Source of the DNA: Takakia lepidozioides
Lineage: Eukaryota > Plantae > Bryophyta
Reading direction: 5' to 3'
Length of the DNA: 64,000 bases
Assembly (NCBI GenBank): GCA_030704615.1
Contig: CM060731.1
Location: forward strand, 47,244,001-47,308,000
In this document: positions 39,490 to 53,566 of the stretch, in pieces
Layout: every line of letters starts with the position of its first letter
Numbering within the stretch: the first letter of the stretch is position 1
Translations under genes and position numbers: made by a program
The notes under the pieces: model-generated
Databases searched by the model: none
What the model was told of the DNA's origin: nothing
What the model saw: the letters and a program-made list of their open reading frames with translations, nothing else

Positions 39490-41714
39490 TCACCAGTATT
39501 CCCCACAAGAACAAACCCATCTTGAAAGTGGTGAAAGCTGTTGGCATCCCGCACAACAATTTCTCGACCAGAAATCTTTGAGATGAACTGGTGGCGGTGT
39601 GGCAGTCACCACATACACAAAGGTTCTTGATAATGTGGATAGGCATCGCTGTTTGCGTGCTGATCAGACCAAAAGCAATGGCCAGCCTTTCACTGTGATG
39701 GCAGAGAGAAAATTCTTTTCGCTCCTCCAAATCACGCAATACAAACTGTGTGTCAGGCACGTACCCGGCATCCTTCATCCTCCCAGACAATCGTTTTAGC
39801 TCAGCATGGATTTCCTCAATCCATGGATGCACATTATCGTCTACAACAAACGTATGCACCTGGTTGTCCACCTCAATGCAGCAGCGCCCAGGCTCCTTTC
39901 TAATACCTCTATCATGCATCATTTTCCTAATCTTTGCTGCATCGTCCCACCTTCCAGCAGCAGCATAGATGTTTGAGAGCAGCACATAACTTGCAGCATG
40001 TGGATCCGTTTTGAAAAGCAACGTTGCCACATGTTCGGCTACCTCCACATTGCTATGAACTCTGCAGGCACCCAGCAAGGCCCCCAACACTGCAACATCT
40101 GGTTCAATCGGCATTCTGTTGATGAAGTTCTCTGCCTCATCCAATCGGCCCGCACGGGCAAGAAGGTCCACCATGCAGCCAAAATGTTCTGCTGCAGGTG
40201 TGAGGCAATGATCTTGACTCATGGAACCAAAGAAGTGGGGCAGCCTTCATCCACTAGGCCCGCATGGCTACATACAGAAAGAACACACACAAAGGTAATG
40301 CCATTGGGTTTCGAGCCCTCCTGTTGCATTTGTCCAAATAGTCGGAGGGCCTCACGTCCACACCCATGCTGAGCATAGCCTGCAATCATTGCATTCCATG
40401 AGGCCACATTGTGATGAGCTATATAGTCGAACACTCTACGGGCGTCCTTCATGCTCCCTGATTTGGCACACATATCCCACGAGGGTAGTCTTCAAGTTGA
40501 TATCTGTAGTGATTCCAGCTTGGAGGATGTCAGACCTCTATGCCCTTTTCCAGGGCTGCCAGGCCAGCACATGCATTGAGAACGCAAATGAATGTGATTT
40601 TGTCAGGCGTCACTCCTTCCCGTACCATTTGCTTGTACGTGTTGAAAGCCTCCATACCACACCCTTGCTGAGCATATCCTGTGATCATCGCATTCCATGA
40701 GACCACATTTCGTTGAGCCATATTATCAAACACTTGACGAGCATACTTCATGTTCCTGCATCTTGCATACATGGCAGCAGGAGCAGTCTCCAGAATGATA
40801 TCAGGTGTTCCAGCTTTGCTAATGTCAGCATGGACCTTTTTGCCCTTCTCCAGTGCTGCCAGGCTGGCGCATGCATTGAGAATGCATACAAATGTGACCT
40901 TTGTGGGGATCACCCCATTCCTTATCATTTGCTCATAGATATTGAAAGCCTCACGACCTCACTCATGCTGAGCATATGCTGCTATCAATGCATTCCAGGA
41001 GAACACATCTCGATAAGCCATTTTGTCGAATACCTGACGCACATCCTTCATGTTGCCACACTTGGCATACATGTCGACGAGGGCAGTCTCCAGAAACATA
41101 TTTGGCACAATTCCAGCTTTGATGATATCAGCATGGACCTCTTTGCCCTTTTCCAGAGCTGCTAGGCTGGCACACGCATTGAGAACACAAACAAATGTGA
41201 CATTGTTGGGTGTCACCCCTCTTGTATTCACTTTCTCATAAATCTCCAAAGCATCGATGTCAGCATGGACCTCTTTGCCCTTATCCAGGGCTGCAAGGCT
41301 GGCACACGCCTTGAGAATGCAAATGAACGTAGCGTTGTCGGGCCTCACTCCTTCATGTATCATTTGCTCGTAAATCTTGAAAGCCTCCATACCACACCCA
41401 TGCTTCACATATCCTGTCATCATTACAGTCCACGTAAACATATTTCGTTCAGGCATTTTGTCCATCACTAGGCGTGCATCCACCATGCTCCTGCATTTGG
41501 CATACATGTTGACAATAGTGTTAAGTAGAAACATGTTTGGCTTTAATCCACTTTGGATAATGTGGTTGTGCACCTGCTTTCCCATTTCAAGGTCTTCAAA
41601 GTTGCTGCACTCCCGCAAAAGGTAAATGTAAGTACTGGAATCCACTGAAATGCCTCCTTGGTTCAGAATGTGCAGTGCATCTTTCAGTTGTCCGGCCATA
41701 CATAGTGACCTCAA
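39490..41714 (-). pseudogene. PLS-class PPR protein with E/DYW deaminase domain (organellar RNA-editing factor), disrupted
   Basis: Repeated P/L/S motifs, E domain, PG box (RKEPGRC), HSERLA and CGDCH Zn motifs, ending CSCGEYW*. In-frame stop at 40959, frameshifts near 40530, 40220 and two in DYW, and an apparent internal motif deletion near 41250. Confidence 0.9.
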
Positions 41715-43184
41715 ATCCCCATAAATTCTAGAAGAGCTCTTATAGACTCCCTCCCTTGGGTCTTTCAGAATTAGAGGTCATGATAGAGGTGGCTGATTCA
41801 AAAAACTGTGCCTGATGCAACCCTGCCTTCCTGCATGAGTCATAACTGTTAGTTTCAAGCCTTAAAACTACAACTCAGAATACATCTCAAAGCTCCTACA
41901 CTCATCAACAATCATGAGGAGGCTCCTAGTCGCTCCGTCTCCCCTCATAAAAATCATAGTGCAATAACTCAGGAAAATACCTCATGCAACTGACGGAGAG
42001 ATCACAACTCTGCCAATCTACATTTGTGAAAGAGAAGCTGTTATACTGGGAAGTACCCTTGCAATCCACATCCAGCAGCACTAGCTGCAGACATTTGCCC
42101 AGGTTTCTTGTGGCTATCAATCCATAGAGGCTCATTGATATTCTTGTTTCTGACATCTGGTCCTCTGGGATTGATCTGCACCCAGACTCCATCATATCTC
42201 CTTCAGTGATCCCTGCCTACTCAAAAAAAATGCAGAGATCATCCCCCTCACTGCAAGTAGCTACATAGCAACGCATAATTTACAGAGCAACCACCCCAAT
42301 CCAACCAACCAGACAAGTGTGTATGCTGGATTGCTTGCAAGACTATAAAAAGGTGAATAAAGACTACGCCATTGGAAGGGTTAGCTATGGCTTGCCCTTG
42401 TAGGGCTACTCCCTACAGGATACTAACCATCCCAGGATTGGTCTGTGGGGTTTTGTCCGCCCAGCATGTGGACACTAGGCCAACTTGTCATACTGCTCAC
42501 GCTATGGTGTTGATATATGGACTGGCATTGACATCCTGTGTCCATATCGACAGTGCCAGGGCACTTCATATTCACAAAAAGGTGGGTTATTGACTGTTGC
42601 CAAGCATCACCTCTAAGGGTCGTCCTAAAACAGACTTGCAGAGCGTTGATATTGGGGACAGCTGAGATCTCCATAACACAGTCAGTGACAATCAAGTTAC
42701 AGGGAATTTGAAATGGAAGTAATACTAGCCTTGGCACTTTTTTGAGGAGTATCGATGTTGCAGAGACAACAGTCCAGAACGAGAGGCGCTTGAACATAAA
42801 TGATAACCCCTTTCTTCACATGGTCCCCTGCATTCTCAGCCAGCGGATCCCAATTATCCAACTCCAACATGCGATGTCAACCTGCTCTTTATCAACTACC
42901 ACTAAGAGTGACAATGGAAGTACAAATAATAAGTTACACAATTTTGCCATTATCAATGCCATAGCAACCACAATCTGAACCCACCAACACATACACAATC
43001 TCTACCTGCTATTTGGTACTGGACCTCGTTGATCTCTAACCTTTACAATCATGAAGCATCCTAATCTGCCCTATTTCTCAAATTTACTACACAAGAGAGG
43101 ACCCCTTGTACCTCACCTACCCGTGTCTCTTTCTCCCTCATCCTTAGAGAAGAAGGCTCACCGCTGTTTGAAAACAAAAAAAGC

Positions 43185-44016
43185 TTACCAGCTGAGTATA
43201 TCTGTTTTGGTAGAAGTTTTCGTCACATCAAACGAAATACTTTTACTGTCAATTTTCCTGCTGAATGTGACTGCCGGTGGGCATGTCCACGGCTTGCAGA
43301 TGGCTTCCTCGCTCATCCCACTGTCCACAGACCTCCTCCATTGGTCCCCACTGCTCTGCAACTTTCTTGACAGTGTTTGACACACAAATACGGTTTGGAA
43401 ATCGCAGAGGGTAGTACACAGTGTTCAGCCAACACCTTTCTGACATAGGACCAAGCCTGCAAGCAGTATAGCATCGTGCAGGCCTGTTAGACGCCCCTGA
43501 GATCCCTGGATGACGTGACTGTGAGGAGGCGAGGAATGCCCTGAGGGATCGGCGCACCCCATACGAGTGTCATGCTTACCGTGTGCGCTGCAGGGCTGAT
43601 CCTGCCCCAACTCCTCAATGAATTCCCCTTCACCTTCAGGAGTGAGCCAAGCAGGTAGCAAAACCGTAACCCCCCACCCCTAGGTATCACTTCAAACCAC
43701 CACTCTGATCGTCACATTGGGGTCGTGGGTTTTTAGGCTCAAAAACAGTAGCGAGGACACTGCAAAAACGAAAGAGGAGATGAAGGAAGAGGCCATGGCA
43801 GACCAGCAACATCTGCGATTGAGTGCGTGGTGCAGTGCATTGTAGAAATGCAGGCGTGACCTCCATTCTTTTGCTGCCGCATTCCTTGGAAATGCAATGG
43901 ATAGCAGCTGCATCCATGTTGTGGAAGAATTGCCTGGGACATCTGCGAAGTCTGTGGGCCGTGTCTAGGCATCCTGCATTCGTGCAGCTTGTTGATACAT
44001 GTTCAGTATTTGCCAT
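43185..44016 (-). pseudogene. Probable LEA_2/NHL-like type II membrane protein pseudogene
   Basis: TM segment FISSFVFAVSSLLFLSLKTHDPNVTI followed by frameshifted fragments (DPSG.., LTVTSS) reminiscent of LEA_2; multiple stops. Confidence 0.35.
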
Positions 44017-44733
44017 CTTTGTCTATCCCGAAACCCGACCACTTCTTGCTGGTTCCAGAAAGCTTCTCGCATTCAACTTGCGAAGTGCCATGTTGACTTG
44101 CAGCTTGCGAAGTGCCGTGTGTTGTATTGCACTTTCTCGGCCTTTTGAGGCATCTCATTAGTCAAGTATTGTTATGAGCAGTCTAGTTTGGTCTTGCCAA
44201 ACGTTTTCTGGCCTACATGTCCCTCCCGTGCAACTTTCCATGCAAAATGGTCAGGGTGCATGGATAGGGCTGATGTGGAGAACCTCAGTTCAGTGTTTGG
44301 TGGAGCAGACAGCATAGGCTACAAAAAAATAAGAAGGAGAGCATAACTTTGCAGTAATATAATCTGAAAGGAAGACATTTCCACCTATGAGATCTCACCT
44401 CACTGTTAGTTACCTGCCGAGTCTGCAGAATTCAAAGGAACAAGTTCATCCAAATTCAAGTCCGGAACTTGCACAATCGCTCTGGAATTGGTGATCTTTC
44501 ATTGTGCAGCTGTAATGCAACAAATGATGTTGACACGGTAGACATGAAAACATGGACCGCTGTGTTCTTTCCTGTAGGTGCTGGAGAACTTGGACTCCTA
44601 CATAGGCATGCAATGTTTGATTTCGGATTCCAGTCTAAAATTTGTGATGAAGTTGTGGGGTGCAATGCTTGACCTATTTTTGAAGGGAGGAACAAGAGAC
44701 GGGAACCTACACTATAAGAACGCCACTGAGACA

Positions 44734-47700
44734 TTAAATAGACCGTAAGCCAGGCACATTTCTCAGCCCCATCATTGAGATTGTCTGTCGCATAAGCGCC
44801 GGAGGTTCGTTAAGTCCCAGACTTGAGCTGAAGAGGTTGGCACGCTTCACCAATGTTGGCTTATCCCACCCAAGAACACCACATGAGTTGTAGTACCCCA
44901 GCCATGCTTGATAGGCCTTCTCCTTCACATCATCCTTCAACCCTTGGAGTCCATTCCTCAACTGCGAGAAAGAAAATGTAGTGTTGATCAGAAGGTTGTA
45001 AGGTGGGCACGGGCACTACAGAAAGAGACTTATTGATAGGTGCCTTTCAGCCTTGGCTGTCACATTACCTCTGTGCATGACTGCCTCTCTTTAAAGTCAT
45101 GGACTTCTTCAGCTCACCAGACTCAGCCCAAGATTGCCATCGGGCTCACATGGCTGACATTGGTTATTGCAACCTGACTATTGAGCTGGTGAATGTAGAC
45201 AGAGACAGCGATGCCATAAAAGTGAACATATGGGATACTACTATGATTCAAACGGGGAGTGAGAGCAAGTCCAAGTGACAGACAGAATTCCTGCCCCCGG
45301 AAAATGGTTTCAACATGGACAGAAGTAATTCCATACTTGCTCTGTGAATCATACCTTATCTTCAATGGCAGCAGCAACTAGTATGGGTGGCGATTGAGTA
45401 ATGGAGACATCCTTAATAGACCGTAGAAACACTTCCTCCCAAGGCATCAGCAAAAGTACTCCTTGGCCTTCCTTGCCGGCACGTCCTGTTCGTCCCAATC
45501 TGTGTATGTATTGCTCCCGTCCTGCGGGTATCCCCACCTGCTCAAGCCCAAAAACTTTATCTGATGATGCACCTGCATGAACCGATCCTATTTTGGACCC
45601 TAAAGCTCAATAGAGAAGTCGCAGGATACCAAGTGGAGCACCTCACACCTCACCTAACAGGTCTTCACAGAAGTAATGAGGGCATCATTGTATCCCAAAG
45701 GAAGGTAGTCCCAAAATCATCAAGCCAACTGAACCAGACCTTAGCAAACAGGGTAGTTCTACTGAATTTGTACAGATTCCCACACACAGCAAGGCCCAGT
45801 AACCCTACATGAGGTGTTTACCTGAAGGACAAGAGAGACATCAGGGTAGTCAACACCCCGAGCAGACACATCAGAGGTGAACATGATAACGCCACCCTTC
45901 GACTTACGGAACTCATCCGAAACACGGGTGCGGGCTGCTTGTGACTTGCGGGAGTGGATCTCCAATGTGTTGAAGCCCAACTTCTTGTACAGCTCTGCCA
46001 TCAAGGCTGTTACACGAGCAGTTGTACAGAACACAAGCACCTGCTTCCCATCAACACGATCCCAATTTAGCTCTAGCAGATCCTTCATTCACTTCCCAAA
46101 TATCAAGAATATTGTCTTGTTTACTCCACCTATTCAATGTATTTAAGCATGTATAAGGCTTAATATTATGCTGCAAACTGAAGTAAAAAATGGCAGACAG
46201 GTGTGCAATTGTTTCCACTGGGGATTGACTTACAAGTCAAAAGGTCTATGCCCCTCCCAAATCCTAGCCTATGTACAGATCAGGTATTTGAGAGACAAAC
46301 ATACCAAGTTTGTGGAGTAGATTGAGAGGATGATATTGGCCAGCAATGCTCCATTTGATCCAGGTATATGACAAGGCCCAATAAAGCAAAGTCTCCAGAG
46401 TACATCTCTTCCCATCCACATAAGTGTTTCATGTGAAAGCTATGCGAAGAATATATAAAAAGGGCTTTCATGACATACCTTGAAGTCTGGATCGTCGGTG
46501 GCATGCTTCTTGAGCAGAGAATATACTGCTCCCAACTGCTTCTCCAAGGGCACAATGAGATATTCCTGCTTAACCTACATTATCCATACAAGAGGTATGC
46601 AATCAAAATCATAGGAAGTCTTCAAACAGATCTGAGGGTGACTAATGTCTACTCAAGCAATAGTCTTGAGTTCAGTGAAAACTGGAAGTTGGATGGTTCA
46701 TCAGCAGGTATGTATGGTTGCATTCTTAGTCCTGTGACCATTCAGCGCCAAAAATGATTTGGACAACTGAGTTCTGAAAAATCAAAGATACTTGAATTGT
46801 CCTAGTTAAGGGGTCGTCGAGGTGACACCTTGGCATGTGTCTCCTCATCTTCCTGCCCAACGGTGTCAACAAAAACATGGTCCTTCTTGAGTGCAATTTG
46901 GGACATACTGTGAACCTGCAAGATATCTATATACAGCTGATCAGTAACATGAGAACCATTGTTGCATCAAACACCTGCCTGCACAACTCAACCAACTTCC
47001 TGTTACTATTTCCAGTCTGTTTCCCTTCAATCAGTCTATATTTGAAGATCTCTTCTCTTGTTATGCTTAACTTGAAAATCTATAACAAGCACACCCACAG
47101 AGAGAAAACAGACCTCCTTGGGAACAGTTGCGGAAAAGAGAAGAGTCTGCCGATGCTGTGGCAAAACCTTAATGATGCCATCAAGGCTCTTCCGGAAGCC
47201 CATATCCAGTAATTGATCAGCTTCATCCAGTACCAGCATTTTAACACCTTGCAACTGCTTTTGCACATCCGCATTGGTCTGGATATGATCGAGTAACCTT
47301 CCCGGCGTCCCCACTAGCACCTTAACATTGTCAAAAAGCACATGGGAGATTCCGTCACCTTTGCACATATCTTGATGAGAGGCCTACCTCATTTTGATAA
47401 TGGCTTCACCCAGAGTCTTCTCTCACTCTCTGTGAACAGAGGCTGAAGCAGATGGTGGTGTTTATGCCCAGCATGAAGACCAAATCAGGTGGGAGACAAA
47501 AGGAGAAAAGGGGATCGGTGAAGAGGTGAGAGGAGCCTACCTGGCACGACTGTGTGGCAAGCCTCTTTGTCTCCGTATTCATGTTGGTCCCACCAATCAC
47601 AACTTGCACCCCGAGTCCACATTGAAACGTCATCAACATTTTGGCTTCAGCAGCTGCTTGGTTTGCGAGTTCACGGGTGGGGCATATTACAACAACATTG

Positions 47701-50700
47701 ATTGGATTCCCCCCTGGAATTCCTTGAGGGTTGCTGGTCTTTACGATTGTCTCAATCGCTGGTAGCTGATCAGGACCCCAACAAGTGACCACTTAGTTTG
47801 GTGCTTTTAACCCCTCAATGTAAGCATGTTTAAAGTCTTCAGGCAAAATACTAGTGAAGTCACAGAGACAGACTATACCAGAAAAGCCACAGTTTTGCCA
47901 GTGCCCGTTTTGGCCTTCGCTAACACATCTTTACCTGTGTCACACCCATCACATTACAACAGAACAAGCATCCAACAGATGGCCCAGTGGTTAGGGCACA
48001 AAACCGCCTTACAAGTGGTCATAGGTTCAAAAGCCACATATGTGTAAGTTGGATGTCACCCATCATGGTCATCCCAGGTATAGAACAGGGATAACTGGGT
48101 CAACCGGGACCAAGGCCAAGATTTCACTGGGCCAAAATGGATATATCTCAGCCCCTTCCTTGGTATCTGAACTTCAAAATAATGTAATGTTTGGCCCCCT
48201 TAGTGTAAACCCACCAGGGACCAAACAACGGGCCAACATGGAGTGCCCAAGCGTATGAGGGAGCTGGCTATTGAGCAATTCAAGTTGGCCGAGGGGCCTC
48301 ATGCTGTAGAAGGTGTCAGTCCATTTGGGAGTCCCCTCGTTATGTCGAACTTGACATGTGCTCTTGGAAGCCCCACAAACCATGGAAGAGTTTTGAAAAG
48401 TGAAGTAGGTTTTAACTGTAGGGTTGAAAGTGTTGCTACTATCAGCCGGCCCAGAGGTGTGGTGGAGGAGATGAAAGTGAAAGTTGAACAGTACAATGAT
48501 GGTGCCAGTACCAAACGAAGCCAAGATAGAAATCTCACTACTGATTGCTTAAAAAATATTACAAGACAGTGAAGAACTAATCGAAGAAGTGTTTGGGAGC
48601 TGCTGCCCCTTCACTAAAATAAACCTTCCCGGGCAAGCAGCAGCTTGGTGGTGGGTTGTGATTGGCTAGGTTAGGAGCAGCGCCATGAAGGCGCCAAGTA
48701 GGATTAAATTGTTTTGAACTTTGGACCAAGTGTAAGGCCAAGCTGAGCCAAGATGAAAAACCGACCAATAGGATCACACGGATTTTGGCCCAGGCTACAC
48801 TCTTGGCCCCTAATGTAAAGCGGCCCTTCATGTGTGGGTACGTGCGGACTTTCGAGTCTTGGGGAGGATGAGGAAACCGCATTGCCCCAGCTACGGCCGT
48901 TAGAAGGTGTCCACATTCCAAACGGAAAGTAAAAGCCCTTCGAGGTGAAGTGACACCATAAGTTATGCCTGCTTTGACAAGAGTCTTCCCTCTCTCTCTC
49001 TCTACATGTGAATCAAGATTTTCCTTTCTCCACTCTGCTAACTTCCGTCGCATGGTCTCTAATGTCACCTACAAAGATGTGAAGTACAATTTCACATATT
49101 AGATAGGGACTGATCCTCATTAGTTATGGGACAAAACTTTCAGAATTGAGTGATTACTAAAGACTGCACACCTACGAAGGCTACAGTGAAAATTACACAA
49201 ATACATTTGTAAGGGACCTCGTCCTTCACCATGATTTTGACCAAATTTCAAACACCACAAGCTTTGAAGGTGGACTCCTCATAGACAGGTTCAGGAGGCT
49301 GAATGACCGTGCAACAATTGAAAACTAAAACTGAGAAGAATTTTTTACCCTGGAGGATGATAGGGAGAGTGGCATCTTGCACCACTGTCATGGTCTCAAA
49401 GCCCATCACCTCGTGTATTGCCTTGAGAGACAATGGAGATATGTCAAATGCTGAAAATCTGGAAAAACCATACATCAACTCTTGAATTACTTGCTCTCTC
49501 TCTCCCATGCTCACCTAACTAAACTTGAAACACCTGGGACAGGAGTGATATTCCACATGGTCACAGACAATCACCAGCAAGAAACATCAATAAAGAACAA
49601 GGGAAAAGCAGACTGGGGTTCCCAATCAATCACTAACAAACAACCATTGACTTTTTAATAACTTGGCTAAAAAGGGGCCACATCCACATACTGATGGGCC
49701 TCGACATACCTCGTTTGAGACAAGTGTGAAGGGGAGGGTCGGTCAGGATGGTTTCCATAGCCCTCCGAATCACCACTTTCTGAAGAATCCCCCTGCTTCT
49801 TGCGCTGCAGGAGAACCCCACCTTGTTGAAGTGGGGCTGACTCAGTGTCCATGTCATCTGCCTGAGTTGGCACCCTCCGTTTCACCGGATCTGCTAAAGC
49901 CCACATATCATGAGCAGAAATCACAGAGGCAGCTATTGGCCAAATGATACCAGTCTTCAGCCTCTGCTCTTTCAACTGTAGTAAAACTTGGTCCCCAAGG
50001 CTGTGGGAGGACACAGCAACTGACCACAGCCTTTCATATGAATGCCAAATACAGCTTGCATTCTATCACTTCAGGTTCGATCCTTTCCCATTTTACAGAA
50101 AGAGTTTGAATTCAGTATTCAAAGAAACTTCTGAAGAGTTTTTATCCACAACTGTCCGTCTAATACATTTTACCATCAAGTTGTCCCAATGGGGCTTCAG
50201 AACATTCATCTGCTTTGAGAAAGCCTAAGTTTTCTCAAAGTGTTTCTTGCCTGTTCCAATCCCGACTAACCTGGTAAATTGGCAATGCTTACAAGAATAC
50301 GGAGCACCTTGCCCAGAAAAGGAGGCAGTTTGAAAGGCAGCTCCAGGACGAGAGTGGGCAGATTGACGAGCATCGCACCGGGCAGCCGCCTCAGGGCCGT
50401 CATCATCTGTCCAAAGGTCTTGTCCGCCGTCCTTTTGAAACCTGTCTGCAAGAGACTGAACTTGTGGATCTATACTCCAGTGAGGAAGACGAGAGCTTGC
50501 ACCAGGGGCACCACTTTGCCATGGCTTAAGCAGTGGTGATGCTACCGCCACTTCAGAACGGCATTTTCTCTCATATATTTGCTTCGCTTTTGAAAGCCGA
50601 GCCCTTTCAATCTGCTTCTGCTTCTTCTCCTGCATTTCCTTCCACTGCCATTTGGTCACACCACCTGGAAAAGTGCGAGGTCCTCCACCCATCATACGGA

Positions 50701-50788
50701 CTCCATCAGTCAACCCCCCTTGCATAGGTGTTTGGAATCCCACCATTAGAGGGTATGTGTGCCTCCGAGGATAGACAAATCCTGACAT
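44734..50788 (-). CDS. Organellar DEAD-box RNA helicase, RH48/RH33-like, 11 exons, ~690 aa
   Basis: Exons 50788-50308, 49890-49710, 49458-49349, 47934-47879, 47765-47541, 47320-47114, 46915-46829, 46574-46479, 46040-45822, 45537-45355, 44961-44734 (first junction least certain). MGGGPRTFPGGVTKWQWK signature; AKTGTGKT, PTRELA, TPGRLLDH, DEAD, SAT, ARGVD and HRLGRTGR motifs. Confidence 0.93.
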
Positions 50789-51792
50789 TCTTCAATGGCC
50801 CCTTATATGCACAAACTTGGGGAGTACAAGCCGGTGGTTCACCTTCTCCCTTCCAGAATATGATGGATGAAGGCTACTTTTTCCAGGTTGACCAAATTAA
50901 GCTTGGGTGAAACAGTTTGACACTCTCGCCATTCCCTGATATGAACACAGAATAAGAATGGGTAAAAGAGATCTTTGCTATGAATTGTTCAGCCCTGTGC
51001 CGTCAAGAACAAGAATTTGCACTCTAGTAGCAGATAGTCAGCATTGCTTGATACCTCCACGACTTGCACAAAATTGCACCTGGAAAATTTTCAGACAAAT
51101 TCGTAAGTATTTAGTGACATATTATCCATCTATATCATAGTAGACTGGAGCCCATCTTTTAATGCTCCTGAGGAAGAGCTGGAGCAGGCAGTTCAAAAGT
51201 TAAGAAGGTTACATGACATGCCACGCATTGAAGTGTCCATTGAGCCAAAGCAACATACATCACTATCAATTGTGCGTGAATCATGGTGTCCAATTGTCGA
51301 CGTGTGGCACAATTTGTGCTACCCAGGCTGCTACACTCTGCCCGGGAGTCAGAGTGTGACTGGTTCTACACTCACAGTCTGCCTATGTCACATCTATGAT
51401 AAATGGAGAGTTGTATTAGCTGTGCTGGGTAATCAAGGTCATGATCTAGTTCTACTGTCAACTCCAGGTCTTCTGTCAACACTCAAGACCATGTTCCCTT
51501 ATTCCGGTAGGAACTGCTTGACCAACTGAATGCAGACCATTTACAATTGCGCGGGAGAGAACCCACAACGGTATCCAGGAAGGTTCAAAATTTGTTTGGA
51601 CTATCAAAGGTGAAAGCTCTTCCTAGAGAGAGGAATGGCTCCCCTCCTTGCCTCCTGTGGTTCTATCTACATTGTTTCCCAGCTTCCAAACTGGTTCCAG
51701 GGCCTGTAGAAAGTTACACTAATATCAGAAGCATGGCCTGATATTAGCCCTCTCTATGTATCTTTTTCATCTAATCTTCACAAGGGACGGCA

Positions 51793-51794
<2 letters not shown>

Positions 51795-51860
<66 letters not shown>
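51795..51860. repeat. (TC)33 microsatellite in the divergent intergenic region
   Basis: Pure TC run. Shorter CT/GA runs at ~5992, 10956, 27292, 29232, 29691 and (GAA)n at ~9060. Confidence 0.95.
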
Positions 51861-51863
<3 letters not shown>

Positions 51864-52673
51864 TACCGTGCCTTTGGTTACACTCATCCTGTGTTTTTAA
51901 TGATAAAGCCACCGCCGGGCGACCATTCACGATGGCGTTAATTCCCCCATTCTGCTTTCTCTACTTCCCCCTCGATCTCTTAGCTTTCCGCTCAATGGGA
52001 CTGAGGAGTCTATGGCCACAAGGCAGCCTGCGGCAAATATGACCTCCACAGTACATCATGGCACAAGTCACGGGACGGTAATCTCTGACTCTCAAGCCTT
52101 TGCAAGCAAAGTTTGCAGAGGTCTGTTCAAGCAAATTATACTAAGGCGAACCTGCCTGGTGCGGCCTGCAAGCGTGGAGTTGATGAGCGTCCCCGGACTC
52201 GGAAGCTGCTTGTCGCCACTCCGAACAATAGCAACGGTTTCTGTTACACGGGAGGACGAAATTATGACTTTGCAGGGAGCTAGACAAGCACACTGGGGAG
52301 CTGCTGGATCGCACTAAAGAAAGCGTCTAGACATAGAGAGGAGGAGAGCTAATGAAGCCCCAAGCTCCAGGTTTGCATTCACAAGCCGCAAGATTAATTG
52401 GGTGACTGCGCTGATCGCAAGACATACGGATTGTCGTGGGAGGTCTGTGTGTCGATGCTAGTGGGTTAGATGCCCACAAAAGATTTTACTTGCGAAACCA
52501 TTGCCTGCATTTTACAGATCTCTTTTCTAAGGAGATCTCTCCACCGATGCTCTTAAAGGACACCCGTGGGGCATGAGCAGCCTCACAATCCATTGAATCA
52601 CATTCAAATTATCGCTCCCAAAAACATTTGAGTTGGGCTCGTGTGCCACCAGGCAACTTCATCCATTTCATCT

Positions 52674-52682
52674 AAACCCTAA
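52674..52682 (+). promoter_or_regulatory. Telo-box AAACCCTAA upstream of the DnaJ-like gene
   Basis: ctaaaccctaaacccc about 110 bp before ATG 52786. Confidence 0.4.
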
Positions 52683-52785
52683 ACCCCAAACACCTGACCT
52701 TCAATTGTGAATTGCGTATGGATGTGTTGAGACTTGAGGAGCTGACAAGGGTTCTACTGGCACGAGTCAAAGGAGAGAGACAACG

Positions 52786-53566
52786 ATGAGGGGGGGGGCA
52801 TTTAGACTGGTGGCCACAGCGGGTGCAGCTGTGGCTGCAGGGATTTTCACGCTGTCAATGGTGTCATCTGTGTCTTTGCGTGCATTTCAGACGGTTGTTG
52901 AGTCGAAGCGGGTATGAACCTGTCAGTTGCAACTTCGCACATATTTTTCTGTTTTGAGGTGGTATAGGGTCATGGGTACCGCTATATGGATGATGGGTTT
53001 CAATGTGCTTGCAGAGAAAGGCGGCCCCTCCGTGTGGATGTTGCAAAGGCAGAGGCTTTGTTGAATGCAGACTATGCAGAGGAGAGTCGACTATAGAATG
53101 GTCCCCTTTATTTGATCCAGTGGTGACCAAGCCCTGTGTTTGCCCTACTTGTGATGGCAACCGGTACTTTCTACCCCTTCTCTTTTCGGCCTGCTTGTAT
53201 GACCATTTCCATCTCTCTCTATCCCTCCTTGGCATTCTCCCTTGCCCGCCTGAACGCCGCAACCAACACAGTCGTAAGTATACTCTGGGACGCAATTTTG
53301 TTGATGTAATGTTGAGACCTATGGTCAATCAATAACAATAAACAGTAAGGAGCACTAGTGTGTGACTGCATGCATGCCTGCACCTTTTTTAGGAATGCAA
53401 TTCTTACTTATGGGTGGAGTATTACGCAGGTTGCCCACGTTCAGCTGTCTCGGGTACTCACCAGTGTTACTTGTGGGAAGAAATTCTCTCATTGTCTTCT
53501 AAATTGTGTTTCTTCTCTAGCAGGGTCCAGAAGTGCTTGAATTGTGTGGGGAGAGGCTATGTGTAG
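52786..53566 (+). CDS. Small DnaJ-type cysteine-rich Zn-finger protein (At1g22630-like), 3 exons, 105 aa
   Basis: Exons 52786-52911, 53015-53163, 53524-53566. N-terminal hydrophobic helix, then CGCCKGRG, CRLCRGES, WSPLFDP, CPTCDGNR, CLNCVGRG. Confidence 0.92.

Noticed and set aside
48243-49068. ORFs inside helicase intron 3
   Set aside because: No recognisable motif; probably a TE-derived insertion that I cannot classify.
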